DNA of 64,000 bases from Candidatus Gastranaerophilaceae bacterium (GCA_045651505.1 JAZRSL010000038.1:1072-65071); one strand, 5' to 3'; positions 47,051 through 56,366 are shown, numbered from the stretch's first letter. Numbers and translations are program-made. Notes: generated from the letters alone by a model not told the origin.

Positions 47051-47542
47051 ATGCCCTTCGTATACAGATTACAAAAAATTCTAGATTTTAGAATAAGAAA
47101 GAAAGAAGAACAGCTTTTAGTCGTACAAAAAGCTCAACAAGAAGTCTTTCTCGCAGAACAAAGGATTCGTGAAAACGAAGCAGAAATTCAACAGACAATT
47201 CAAAATCGAAAAACTGCAGACTACATGATGATGGAATATTATGACAAGTATTTGCATCATTTATGGGACAAAGCAGACGCTCTTGAACTTGAACGGCAAC
47301 GCGTACAAGCGATTTTAGACGAAGAAAAAATGAAACTAGTAAAACTAGAACAAGCAGTAAAAGTTTTAGAAAAGCATAAAGAAAAACAAAGAGAAGCTTA
47401 TTTAGAAGAAGAAAAAGCTATTGAATTAAGACAATTTTCTGAAATCGGTGTACAACGTTTCTTCATTCAATCAAGAGAAAAAGAAGAAGAGGCTGAACTC
47501 CAAAAAATCATTGAAGAATTTGAATTAGAATATATGGAATAA
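47051..47542 (+). CDS. fliJ: Flagellar export chaperone FliJ-like coiled-coil protein
   Basis: 163 aa. MPFVYRLQKILDFRIRKKEEQLLVVQKAQQEV is the typical FliJ N-terminal pattern. All-helical and charged. Directly precedes a FliK-like gene. Confidence 0.7.
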   Translation: MPFVYRLQKILDFRIRKKEEQLLVVQKAQQEVFLAEQRIRENEAEIQQTIQNRKTADYMMMEYYDKYLHHLWDKADALELERQRVQAILDEEKMKLVKLEQAVKVLEKHKEKQREAYLEEEKAIELRQFSEIGVQRFFIQSREKEEEAELQKIIEEFELEYME

Positions 47543-47546
47543 TTAT

Positions 47547-48605
47547 ATGAATATTGAAACAACTAAAATTTCACAACCTCAATTTGAATCACAAAAAAAC
47601 ATTAAAGCTACTGAAAAAAATAGCGAAATCAATTTTTCTGATGAATTAAAAGAGCTCGAAAAAAATCAACAAAAACTAGATAATAATCTTGATCCAGAAA
47701 AAGAACAAGAAAATAGTTCAAAAGAAGAACTGATAAAAAATAACAAATCTGAAGACAAAAAAATCAATAACGCAATCGATGACCTTAAAAATGTTGTTGA
47801 AAAGCTCAGCCAATCAGATGATAAAGAAGGAAAAAACTTAAAGAATGAGATAGATTTAGCCGATAAACAAAATATGATTAATAACGATTTTAATATTCAA
47901 GATAAAGATTTGTTGCCTCAAATGAATCCAAATATGAATTTTAGTGGAGATGGGCAACCTTTTTCATCTTTTTTAAATGAAAATCAAAATAAGAAACAAA
48001 ATAAAACTTCTATACTTGGCGCTTCTAAAAAAGATTTAGCAGAAGAAGCTGCAATTATGTCAACTATGGCTGAAAACATTGCAATTGCAAACAAAAATAA
48101 ACTAACTCAACCTCAAAAAGATGAAATCGAGGTTCTCAATAACAATGAAATCAAAAAAATTGACATAAAAACTCAAATAGTAACTGAAACTATTGTTAAA
48201 TTTGATTCTATCATCATGAATCAAGCCGATGTAGAAGTCTTTGCCGATTTAGTACAAAAAAGTGAAGCAAATCTCAACAATTTAGCGCCAGAAGCTGCTG
48301 CAAAATCCATACAAGTATCCAAAACTTTAGCAGATTTACTCGCCAAATCTATGGAAAAAAATCAACCGTTAAGAATAGATTTTGACAATAACATTTCCGT
48401 CATTATAAGAATAAGTAGAGATGGAAAAATCTCAGCAGATTTTTTACCATCAACACAAATTGCAGAAGCATACCTAAAAGAAAATCTACCTCTTTTGAGA
48501 CAAAAATTCGATGATAATAACATAGATTATGAATCATTAAACCAAAGAGAACGTAGAGAAAATCCAAAAGAAAATAATCGTAAGAAAGGTAGAAATAATG
48601 AATGA
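47547..48605 (+). CDS. fliK: Flagellar hook-length control protein FliK-like
   Basis: Low-complexity N-terminal region and a C-terminal Flg_hook-type domain (LRIDFDNNISVIIRISRDGKISADFLPSTQIAEAYLKENLPLLRQKF). Confidence 0.7.
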   Translation: MNIETTKISQPQFESQKNIKATEKNSEINFSDELKELEKNQQKLDNNLDPEKEQENSSKEELIKNNKSEDKKINNAIDDLKNVVEKLSQSDDKEGKNLKNEIDLADKQNMINNDFNIQDKDLLPQMNPNMNFSGDGQPFSSFLNENQNKKQNKTSILGASKKDLAEEAAIMSTMAENIAIANKNKLTQPQKDEIEVLNNNEIKKIDIKTQIVTETIVKFDSIIMNQADVEVFADLVQKSEANLNNLAPEAAAKSIQVSKTLADLLAKSMEKNQPLRIDFDNNISVIIRISRDGKISADFLPSTQIAEAYLKENLPLLRQKFDDNNIDYESLNQRERRENPKENNRKKGRNNE

Positions 48606-49434
48606 TATCTACACTACAGCGGTAAACACCCAAAAAGCCACATTACAGTGGATGGATGTACTTGCTGATAACTTAACTAATGTATATTCTCCAGGTTTTA
48701 GAGAAAATAAAGTTAACTTTAAAACTTTTCTTGGTGGAGCAATGATAGACCACAACGTTAAAAACTTTGGTCAAGGTAAATCTACCCCAGGAACATCTAA
48801 TGAAAACTTATTTTTTGAAGGCACAGGTTTCTTTGTACTAAGAAACCCAGAAGGTGGCGTTTCCTACACAAGATTGGGTGAATTTACTTTTGACTCAGAA
48901 GGAGTCTATAAAGCTAAAAATGGAGATACCGTTCAAGGCTATATACTTAATGACAAAGGCGAAATAATGTCTGGCACAAAATCTATAAGTGCAGATTTAT
49001 TTGAAGAAACCGCTCTTAAGGGGGGTGCAATGAGCATTCCAACTACAAACATTAAGCTTTGGATAGACCCAAACAATGGTAAATTCTTAGGAAAGTACGA
49101 CGAATACGAAATTAAAAATGATGGTACAATTTATGGTAAAGCTGACGGCGGAAACCGCAAAGTACCTTTATATAAAATTGCTACAGCAAACTTCCATAAT
49201 CCAAGCGGTTTATACGAAGTAAAAGATGGTCTTTTTATTGAGACAGAAGACTCTGGAAAACCTGTCGTTGGACGTGGTGAAATCCGCTCTGGACTATTAG
49301 AACAATCCAACATTTCATTCAAAGATAACTCTGCAGCTTATCAACAAGCAAAAGTACAAATGGAACTTGTTAAGGCATTGATTGAAACAAATAAAAAATT
49401 ACTACAGTCAGCTATCGAAATGGCTACTCAGTAA
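48598..49434 (+). CDS. Flagellar hook/basal-body rod family protein (FlgE/FlgF/FlgG family)
   Basis: N-terminal rod motif (LADNLTNVYSPGFRENKVNF) and C-terminal motif (GLLEQSNISFKDNSAAYQQAKVQMEL). 278 aa. Overlaps the fliK end by 8 nt. Confidence 0.75.
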   Translation: MNDIYTTAVNTQKATLQWMDVLADNLTNVYSPGFRENKVNFKTFLGGAMIDHNVKNFGQGKSTPGTSNENLFFEGTGFFVLRNPEGGVSYTRLGEFTFDSEGVYKAKNGDTVQGYILNDKGEIMSGTKSISADLFEETALKGGAMSIPTTNIKLWIDPNNGKFLGKYDEYEIKNDGTIYGKADGGNRKVPLYKIATANFHNPSGLYEVKDGLFIETEDSGKPVVGRGEIRSGLLEQSNISFKDNSAAYQQAKVQMELVKALIETNKKLLQSAIEMATQ

Positions 49435-49465
49435 TAATATAAATTTTAGTTAAACTCCGTTTTAT

Positions 49466-49506
49466 AAAGGAATTAGAGGTTTCACCTTGATTCCTTTTAT
49501 TTTTTT
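49466..49506 (+). terminator. Probable intrinsic terminator after the flagellar genes
   Basis: Imperfect hairpin AAAGGAATTAGAGGT-ttc-ACCTTGATTCCTTT followed by a T-rich run. Confidence 0.55.
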
Positions 49507-49574
49507 ATACAACAGAGCACTTGCCCATATTAACATTGTATGAGATAATTATTGAGTAAATTTAAGGAGCTTAT

Positions 49575-49919
49575 ATGAAAAAAATTTTTGGAGTTTTTTT
49601 ACTACTTTTCAGTATCTGTATAACTTGTTCTGCAAAAGAATATAGACAAGTTTGTGCAAACCATATATTAGTTCCTTCAGAACTAGATGCTATCAAAATA
49701 AAAAGCCAAATAAATTCTTTTAATGATTTTAAATATTATGCAAGAATCTATTCTCGTTGCCCTTCTGGACAACAAGGTGGTGCTTTAGGTTGTTTTGGAA
49801 AGGGACAGATGGTTAAACCTTTTGAAGAAGCTGCTTTTAATGGAAACGTTGGGGAAGTTTCTGATCCAATAAAAACACAATTTGGTTATCACCTAATCTG
49901 GGTAACAGATAAATACTAA
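49575..49919 (+). CDS. Secreted parvulin-type peptidyl-prolyl cis-trans isomerase
   Basis: Signal peptide MKKIFGVFLLLFSICITCSA. Rotamase core HILV...GGALGCFGKGQMVKPFEEAAF...FGYHLIWV. Confidence 0.88.
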   Translation: MKKIFGVFLLLFSICITCSAKEYRQVCANHILVPSELDAIKIKSQINSFNDFKYYARIYSRCPSGQQGGALGCFGKGQMVKPFEEAAFNGNVGEVSDPIKTQFGYHLIWVTDKY

Positions 49920-50008
49920 TAAAAAACAACGTTGTATTATCTTTGTCTTTAGTGATTTACGATAAAAATATTTCCTCTAAAATATTTTCATTGTATAATG
50001 TTCCTACT

Positions 50009-50899
50009 ATGAAAAATAGATTAACTGGAAATATTGCATTGTTTTTAACCGCTCTTATTTGGGGGCTTGGTTTTGTAGCCCAAAGAGCTGGTATGGAGTT
50101 TATAGGTCCATTCACTTTTAACGCAGTAAGAAGCTTCTTGGGGGCTTTGAGTTTAATACCATTAATTTTATGGTTTAAGTATTCAAAAGTAGACCGCAGA
50201 ACACCTGTTAGAAAATATATACAAAGAGTTAGCTTAGCTAAAGCTGGTATTTCTTGCGGTGTTGCATTATTTATAGCGATGTCGATTCAGCAATATTGTA
50301 TGCAATTTGTAGGTGCAGGAAAGGCTGGATTTATAACCGCATTGTACATAATTTTTGTTCCTATTTTTTCAATATTTATGGGATCAAAAATTGCAAAAAG
50401 AGTTATATTTAGCGTATTTTTGTCAGTAATCGGACTTTATTTACTATGCTTTAACTCTGACGGAGGATTTTCAATATACGATTTTTGGCTACTTATAGGT
50501 GCATTTTTCTACGGTATTCACATATTAGTTGTTGATAGATTTTCAAAAGTTCACCCAGTAAAAACTTCTTGCGTACAGTTTTTGGTAATGGGTTTGCTTT
50601 CACTTATACCAATGGCTATTCTTGAAACACCATCTTTAGCGAGCTTAATTGATTGTAAGATACCACTTTTATACTCAGGATTTTTGGCTTGTGGTATAGC
50701 TTATACATTGCAAATTTTTGGACAAAAACATACGTTCCCAGTTTTAGCATCACTCATTTTATGTTTGGAATCAGTTTTTGCAGTAGTTGGTGGAGCTTTA
50801 ATTTTAGGCGAAGTGTTAAATGCGAGAGAAATTGTTGGTTGTGTCTTAATGATTACAGCTTTCATTATCGCAAACACGAAAGTGGAGCAAAGATTCTAG
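50009..50899 (+). CDS. DMT-superfamily (EamA-type) transporter
   Basis: Ten hydrophobic helices with duplicated EamA halves. The start is placed at ATG 50009 (MKNRLTGNIALFLTALIWGLGFVAQR) rather than the TTG at 49943. Confidence 0.8.
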   Translation: MKNRLTGNIALFLTALIWGLGFVAQRAGMEFIGPFTFNAVRSFLGALSLIPLILWFKYSKVDRRTPVRKYIQRVSLAKAGISCGVALFIAMSIQQYCMQFVGAGKAGFITALYIIFVPIFSIFMGSKIAKRVIFSVFLSVIGLYLLCFNSDGGFSIYDFWLLIGAFFYGIHILVVDRFSKVHPVKTSCVQFLVMGLLSLIPMAILETPSLASLIDCKIPLLYSGFLACGIAYTLQIFGQKHTFPVLASLILCLESVFAVVGGALILGEVLNAREIVGCVLMITAFIIANTKVEQRF

Positions 50900-51241
50900 A
50901 TGCTAAGACAGCTCTTACCAGTATTATTATTAACTATATCAAATATTTTTATGACCTTTGCTTGGTATGGACATTTAAAATACAAAGGCTCTGCATTATG
51001 GATTGTTATACTGGTAAGCTGGGGAATTGCTTTTTTGGAATACTGTTTCCAGGTCCCAGCCAATCGCATTGGACATGAATTTTTCTCTGCTGCACAATTA
51101 AAGACTTTGCAAGAAGTAATTACTCTTATTGTATTTAGTATCTTTTCGATTTTTTACCTAAAAGAAGAGTTTCAATGGAATTATTTAGTAGGTTTTGCGT
51201 TCATTATCCTTGCTGTATTTTTTATCTTTAAAAAATGGTAG
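50900..51241 (+). CDS. Small DMT-family membrane protein (DUF486-like)
   Basis: 113 aa with 4 TM helices. NIFMTFAWYGHLKY...LEYCFQVPANRIG is the characteristic DUF486 pattern. The start abuts the upstream stop. Confidence 0.75.
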   Translation: MLRQLLPVLLLTISNIFMTFAWYGHLKYKGSALWIVILVSWGIAFLEYCFQVPANRIGHEFFSAAQLKTLQEVITLIVFSIFSIFYLKEEFQWNYLVGFAFIILAVFFIFKKW

Positions 51242-51336
51242 GGAGGAATAACTTTAGAAGATTCTATTCTAATCCTATAAATGATATTGTGTTGTAATAT
51301 TGCGCAAATTTTATTTTTATGAGTTTTTAAAAAGAT

Positions 51337-51918
51337 ATGAATAACATATCTTTCAAATCAACTATACGCCCAGTAGGCCACTGGGAATTCCACAGATTAA
51401 CCAGTGGAATCCAAAACACACAACATGTTAAATACCCTTGGACGATAAAAGAAAGTGTTTTGTCTAACAAAGCTTTAACTAAAGATGTTTATGATTGTAC
51501 AGTTTGCGGAATAACAGATGGATTAAAAGTATTAATGATGCATATCTGTCCTACTAGATCAGAAAATAATGATTTTTCAAAAATTATAGACTATATTAAG
51601 AAAAACATTAACTTGGCAAACGAAAATTTACAAGGTTTTTTATTTGGCTCTAGAAAAACTTCTCCAGGAAACCAAAGCAAAGAAATTTTTGAAAATTTTG
51701 AAACATTTTTACAAGAATGTAAAATACCTTATAGCAAAATAAAAGGTAGCAGTGACTACAGCGACATTGCCTATATTTCTGAAAGAGATGAATGGATAAT
51801 AAAACATGAAAAAATGGGCTGTGCTGGAGTAAGAGATGAATGCAGAACAGCTGAAAGATTTTTCAAAGAATATTTTGATGAAGTAAAAATTTCTGAATTA
51901 GATGAAACTATCTGGTAA
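51337..51918 (+). CDS. Hypothetical protein (weak CheD-like C...HxxP pattern)
   Basis: 193-aa ORF. VYDCTVCGITDGLKVLMMHICPT loosely resembles the CheD deamidase Cys/His core (GSCxxxxxxD...HxxLP). N-terminal NISFKST motif. Assignment is weak. Confidence 0.5.
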   Translation: MNNISFKSTIRPVGHWEFHRLTSGIQNTQHVKYPWTIKESVLSNKALTKDVYDCTVCGITDGLKVLMMHICPTRSENNDFSKIIDYIKKNINLANENLQGFLFGSRKTSPGNQSKEIFENFETFLQECKIPYSKIKGSSDYSDIAYISERDEWIIKHEKMGCAGVRDECRTAERFFKEYFDEVKISELDETIW

Positions 51919-51963
51919 AATTTTTCTTGTAATGAAAATTTCTTTTGTGCTAATATTGTTTTG

Positions 51964-52116
51964 TTGAAAATTAAATATATGGGTGCGTGGCACTCTGCCG
52001 AACAAAAGCTGACTAAATGTCAGGTTTTGAGAGAGGTAAGGTAGCGCTGGAGCGAAGCTCCTAGCTAACGACTGCTACACATCAAGAATTGAAAATTAAA
52101 TATATGGGTGCGTGGC
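51964..52116 (+). repeat. 28-nt direct repeat (17 nt upstream plus the first 11 nt of tRNA-Lys) bracketing a 97-nt structured insert
   Basis: TTGAAAATTAAATATATGGGTGCGTGGC occurs at 51964-51991 and 52089-52116. The insert contains hairpins CTGAC-taaat-GTCAG and GGAGC-gaa-GCTCC plus an 8-nt GGTAGCGC match to the tRNA D-arm. Confidence 0.85.
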
Positions 52117-52178
52117 GCAGTCGGTAGCGCAGTTGACTCTTAATCAATTGGTCGTGGGTTCGAGTCCCACCACACCCA
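52106..52178 (+). tRNA. tRNA-Lys (anticodon CUU)
   Basis: 73-nt cloverleaf folded by hand: acceptor GGGTGCG/CACACCC (one C6-A67 mismatch), D-arm GCGC-AGTCGGTA-GCGC, anticodon arm GTTGA-CTCTTAA-TCAAT, T-arm GTGGG-TTCGAGT-CCCAC. No encoded CCA. Confidence 0.9.
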
Positions 52179-52217
52179 AATTAAAGAAGGTCCTCTTTTG
52201 AGGACCTTCTTTAATTT
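52179..52217 (+). terminator. Intrinsic terminator after tRNA-Lys
   Basis: 15-bp stem TTAAAGAAGGTCCTC-tttt-GAGGACCTTCTTTAA followed by TTT. Confidence 0.8.
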
Positions 52218-52255
52218 ACTAGCAAAAAAAAATATTTTCACATATTATAAACAAT

Positions 52256-53155
52256 ATGAGACTCTCAAGTGTAGTTAATTATAGATATCCAAACTATTCA
52301 AAAACTAATACAGGAAAAAAATCGCCTCAAAGTATTAGCTTTCAAGGTATTGTAACAGAAACCAAAATGAAAAAATTTGTCCCACAACTTGGTTCTTTTT
52401 TGTTTAATACACCAGAAATAAACCTAAAAGAAATAGAAGCTTTTTTAAAAAAATTTAGGCCAAACTTAAAGGTAAATTTAGTCCCTATAAATTCAATTCT
52501 TGGCAAAGCCCAAGCAAAAAGCCTCATGGGATTAGATTTAATGTTAAATCCTTATATTATAGACGAAGAAATTGGCTTAACAGACTTCAAAGCTGATAAT
52601 TTTGAAAACAAAATAGAATTATTTGAACAATTAGTACATGAGATGACACATATATTTCAAGCGGATTTAGATAATGAGGAAGAAGCCGTAAACCTTGTAA
52701 ATATCAAATATGCAAAAGAGAAAATAATCCAAAACCCTTCAAACGAAACAATAGAATTTATAAAAGAAAATAGTGATAAGCTACAAAAAATCTTTCATGA
52801 ACTTGAGTTTGCAATGGTAAACGCACTTCAATCCCAAGGGTATAGAGGAGAGGTTATTTATAAACCAGCTAATGACATCGACATGCTCGATGTCGAAAGC
52901 GCTTATTACAAAGCTTTTGGAAAAACATCAAGAGCTTTTATGCGAGATTTTGTTAAAGAAAAGATAAAAGAATACAAAGTAACAGATCCTAAATTTGTAG
53001 AAAAAATCATAAAAACACAGGCTAATTGTGAATATGAAGCTTATTCGATATCCCAAGAAGCGGTTAAAGATATATTAGGTATAAAAGGTACATCTAGCAA
53101 TGATTACATGAAATATATTTTTAAAATAATTTCAAACATTGACTTAGAAGTCTAA
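52256..53155 (+). CDS. Hypothetical protein with an HExxH zinc-metallopeptidase-like motif
   Basis: 299-aa ORF containing LVHEMTHIFQ. No signal peptide. N-terminal SISFQGI motif. Confidence 0.55.
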   Translation: MRLSSVVNYRYPNYSKTNTGKKSPQSISFQGIVTETKMKKFVPQLGSFLFNTPEINLKEIEAFLKKFRPNLKVNLVPINSILGKAQAKSLMGLDLMLNPYIIDEEIGLTDFKADNFENKIELFEQLVHEMTHIFQADLDNEEEAVNLVNIKYAKEKIIQNPSNETIEFIKENSDKLQKIFHELEFAMVNALQSQGYRGEVIYKPANDIDMLDVESAYYKAFGKTSRAFMRDFVKEKIKEYKVTDPKFVEKIIKTQANCEYEAYSISQEAVKDILGIKGTSSNDYMKYIFKIISNIDLEV

Positions 53156-53272
53156 TTTCTAAACCAACTAATTTTAAAATTTAACTCTATAAAACTTTCT
53201 AGCCCAACTAGGGGATAGCCAAAAGGACTATATCTCTATTATTATCAAAAAAGTTAAGAAAGGAATTAAGAT

Positions 53273-53911
53273 ATGGACAAAAAAGTATCAATATACATTG
53301 TAGAAGATTATCTTTTAGCAAGAATAACATGCAGAAAAGCTTTAGAACAATTTAAAGATTTGGAAATAAAAAATGACTTTGAAACAGCAGAAGAATGTAT
53401 CGATGCCTTAGAAAAAAATCCTGTAGATGTTATTTTAATGGACATTGGTTTACCTTACATGACAGGCATTGAAGCTACAAAAATTATAAAAGATAAGTAT
53501 CCAAACACAAAAATTATCATGTTGACTTCTCATGATAATCAAGAAGAAATCATTTCTAGCCTTGCATCAGGTGCCAATGCTTATGCATTAAAAGATATTT
53601 CTGTAGAAGACTTACATGATGCAATACTTAACACAAATAAAGGTTGTATCTGGATTCATCCAAAAATCGCATCTATAATTAACCATACATTTGTTAATGC
53701 CAAATTAATACCAAAAAACGATTTCAATTTAACAAGTAGGGAAAAAGAAGTTTTAGTACTTCTTACTCAAGGTTTATCTAATACTGAAATTGCAGATAAG
53801 TTAATTATTAGTACACATACTGCAAAAGCTCACGTATGTAACATATTAACAAAACTTTCTGTAACTGATAGAGTTCAAGCTGCAGTTAAAGCAACAAAAT
53901 ATGATTTATAA
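53273..53911 (+). CDS. NarL/FixJ-family response regulator (REC + LuxR-type HTH)
   Basis: Receiver domain (VILMDIGLPYMTG phospho-Asp context, ...MLTSH...) and HTH (LTSREKEVLVLLTQGLSNTEIADKLIISTHTAKAHVCNILTKL). Confidence 0.9.
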   Translation: MDKKVSIYIVEDYLLARITCRKALEQFKDLEIKNDFETAEECIDALEKNPVDVILMDIGLPYMTGIEATKIIKDKYPNTKIIMLTSHDNQEEIISSLASGANAYALKDISVEDLHDAILNTNKGCIWIHPKIASIINHTFVNAKLIPKNDFNLTSREKEVLVLLTQGLSNTEIADKLIISTHTAKAHVCNILTKLSVTDRVQAAVKATKYDL

Positions 53912-53922
53912 AGGAAAATTTG

Positions 53923-55530
53923 ATGACTAAATTTGTTAAAAAACCTTTTGTATTCAAATATAAGAATTTTATACAAGCAATAATCGCGATGCTTATTGTA
54001 TTCATATCTTGGCATCCAAAAGTATATCTACACCCTATAACTGTTACGATTTTAATTTGCACTTGTTATACACTACACACTTATATTGAAAACCAAAAAA
54101 CATTAAAGAAATTACAACATAAATATTCTAAACAAGAAGAAATTATTTTTGCATTATACAAAAATGCAGAAGAACTGATTTCCTATCGTGACATAAACGG
54201 TAATTATATCTATTGTAACCCTCAATATCTCAAAACTTTTAATTTATCGATGGATAAAGTTAGAGGAAAGTATTCTTACGACTTTTTGCCCCCCAAAGAT
54301 GCTAAAGCTTTAAAAGAAATTAATAAAAAAGTTCTTAAAGGCAAATCTGTAAACAAAACTATCGTAATGGGTTATAACGAACAAAAATATGATTTATTAA
54401 TAACACCTATTATTGTAGATGATGAGATTGAAGGAACTTTGACAATTGCTAAAAATATTACTCAAACAGAATTTCTACAGAAAGAGCTTGAAAGAAAAGA
54501 GCAAATGTTAAGGTCAATTTTAGACGGAATGCCTGTTGCAACATATTTGAAAGATTTGAACGGTAATATTACTTATGAAAATTCAATGGCAAAAGATTTC
54601 TTAGGCTTATCTGATTCAGAATTTGCAAATAAATGGGATTATGAGGCTAATAGAGTTAATGAAATCGCAAAAGAAGATAATGAAATTTTAAGTAAAAGAA
54701 CTTGCATTAGTCGTGATAAGAGAATTACTCTAAATAATAATGATACAAGATGGTTTAATGTTACTAAATGTCCAATTTACGATAATAATAAAAATATTAC
54801 AGGGATTTTATGTGTTGCAAGAGATATAGAACTTGAGAAAAAGGCTCAAGACCAAAGAGAAACTTATGTAGCAACTTTAACACATGATTTAAAAACCCCG
54901 ACAATTGCTCAAATAAAAGCTTTAGATTTATTGCTAGCAAATACAATGGGAGAACTTAATAAAGACCAAAGGGATATGATGGTTTTGGTTAAAGAATCTT
55001 GTACTTATATGCATGAAATGCTTTCAAATTTATTAAGTACTTATAGATATGAAAATGGGGATTACACCTTAAATTTAGAAAATTCTAATATTTTAGAATT
55101 AATTGAGGATGTTGGACAAGAATTAGAATCTTTATTAAAAGAAAAGAATATAAAAGTTCGTATCCAAGCTCCAGAAAATGTTGAGAATTTAAGATTTGAT
55201 AGAATACAAATAAAAAGGGTTTTAGTAAATCTCGTAGGCAATGCTATTACTTATGCTTATAATGATACAGATATAGAAGTTTCTGTTTTGAAGGAAAAAG
55301 AATTTGTAAAAGTACAAATAGCGAGTGCTAGCCCATATATTAATCCTTCTATTTTGAAAAATCTTTTTGAAAAATATGTAACCCACGCAGCTAAATACAA
55401 TAAAATTGGCGTTGGATTGGGACTATATCTATCAAAACAAATAATAAATGCTCATAATGGCGAAATCGGAGCAATAAGCTTCGAAGAAAATAGAAATATT
55501 TTTGAATTTACTATACCGTATGATTTATAA
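53923..55530 (+). CDS. Sensor histidine kinase with two TM helices and PAS domains
   Basis: H-box THDLKTPT and HATPase_c motifs (GNAITYA, GVGLGLYLSKQIINAHNG). ATG 53923 is preferred (AAGGA 7 nt upstream); the ORF track starts at TTG 53920. Confidence 0.88.
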   Translation: MTKFVKKPFVFKYKNFIQAIIAMLIVFISWHPKVYLHPITVTILICTCYTLHTYIENQKTLKKLQHKYSKQEEIIFALYKNAEELISYRDINGNYIYCNPQYLKTFNLSMDKVRGKYSYDFLPPKDAKALKEINKKVLKGKSVNKTIVMGYNEQKYDLLITPIIVDDEIEGTLTIAKNITQTEFLQKELERKEQMLRSILDGMPVATYLKDLNGNITYENSMAKDFLGLSDSEFANKWDYEANRVNEIAKEDNEILSKRTCISRDKRITLNNNDTRWFNVTKCPIYDNNKNITGILCVARDIELEKKAQDQRETYVATLTHDLKTPTIAQIKALDLLLANTMGELNKDQRDMMVLVKESCTYMHEMLSNLLSTYRYENGDYTLNLENSNILELIEDVGQELESLLKEKNIKVRIQAPENVENLRFDRIQIKRVLVNLVGNAITYAYNDTDIEVSVLKEKEFVKVQIASASPYINPSILKNLFEKYVTHAAKYNKIGVGLGLYLSKQIINAHNGEIGAISFEENRNIFEFTIPYDL

Positions 55531-55554
55531 AAAGGGGAATGTTGTTTATATAAC

Positions 55555-55587
55555 AAAAGAAGCTTGTTTAAAAACAAGCTTCTTTTT
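55555..55587. terminator. Bidirectional terminator between the kinase gene and rubrerythrin
   Basis: AAAAGAAGCTTGTTT / AAACAAGCTTCTTTT 15-bp stem. Confidence 0.8.
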
Positions 55588-55600
55588 AATTATTGCAAAA

Positions 55601-56140
55601 TTAATAATTTTTTGGTTTTTCAAAGAAAAAGCTTTTTGGATGTGCACAGACTGGACATACTTCAACTGCATTTTTACCTTCATAAGCAAAACCACAGTTA
55701 CCACATTCCCAAACAATTGCATTATCTTTTTCAAAAACAATACCATCTTTGATATTAGCGAATAATTTTCTATATCTTTCTTCGTGGTCTTTTTCTATTT
55801 TAGCAACGTTTTCAAATAATAAAGCGATGTCATTAAAACCTTCTTCACGAGCTTCTTTTGCAAAAGTTGCATACATATCAGTCCATTCGTAGTTTTCACC
55901 GTTAGCAGCATCTTCAAGGTTTGTTAAAGTATCTGCGATTTTGCCACCGTGTAATAATTTAAACCAAATTTTAGCGTGTTCTTTTTCGTTGTTAGCAGTT
56001 TCTTCAAAAATTCTGCTAATTTGAACATAACCATCTTTTTTTGCTTGAGCTGCATAATAAGTGTATTTATTGCGAGCTTGAGACTCACCAGCAAATGCTT
56101 CCATTAAATTTTTCTCAGTTTTACTACCTTTTAATTCCAT
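55601..56140 (-). CDS. rbr: Rubrerythrin
   Basis: Di-iron four-helix-bundle motifs ([29 protein letters not shown]) and a C-terminal rubredoxin-like CGNCG...CPVCAHPK. Confidence 0.92.
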   Translation of the reverse strand: MELKGSKTEKNLMEAFAGESQARNKYTYYAAQAKKDGYVQISRIFEETANNEKEHAKIWFKLLHGGKIADTLTNLEDAANGENYEWTDMYATFAKEAREEGFNDIALLFENVAKIEKDHEERYRKLFANIKDGIVFEKDNAIVWECGNCGFAYEGKNAVEVCPVCAHPKSFFFEKPKNY

Positions 56141-56216
56141 AATATAAAACTCCTTTCTTTTTATTAATAATAGACTTTTATTATTTTTTTGTAAACCAAT
56201 TTATTGAAATTTCATA

Positions 56217-56366
56217 TCAATCTATATGAACATTTTTTATAAATAAAACTCTCCTTTGCGTAAATTTATATTTTGCATGCATTTTTTCAATTGGTCCACT
56301 GCGAAAGGCATATTGTGTAATCCCTTTAGAAAGCATATCAATTGTTTTTAAATCTAATTTTGTCAT
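56217..56366 (-). CDS. Small ORF (49 aa) divergent from the giant deaminase gene
   Basis: Not in the ORF track. Strong RBS AAAAGGAGCAAATT-ATG. Sequence MTKLDLKTIDMLSKGITQYAFRSGPIEKMHAKYKFTQRRVLFIKNVHID. A minus-strand TGTTACATT extended -10 lies at 56430-56438. Function unknown. Confidence 0.4.
   Translation of the reverse strand: MTKLDLKTIDMLSKGITQYAFRSGPIEKMHAKYKFTQRRVLFIKNVHID

Noticed and set aside
50689-51078. 129-aa ORF overlapping the end of the EamA gene and the start of the DUF486-like gene.
   Set aside because: It is in an alternative frame across two well-supported membrane-protein genes and has an implausible Cys/Trp-rich composition.
55502-55765. Three overlapping short ORFs (55502-55765, 55546-55746, 55564-55752) after the kinase gene.
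   Set aside because: They cover the bidirectional terminator and the antisense or 3' end of rubrerythrin. They are not independent genes.
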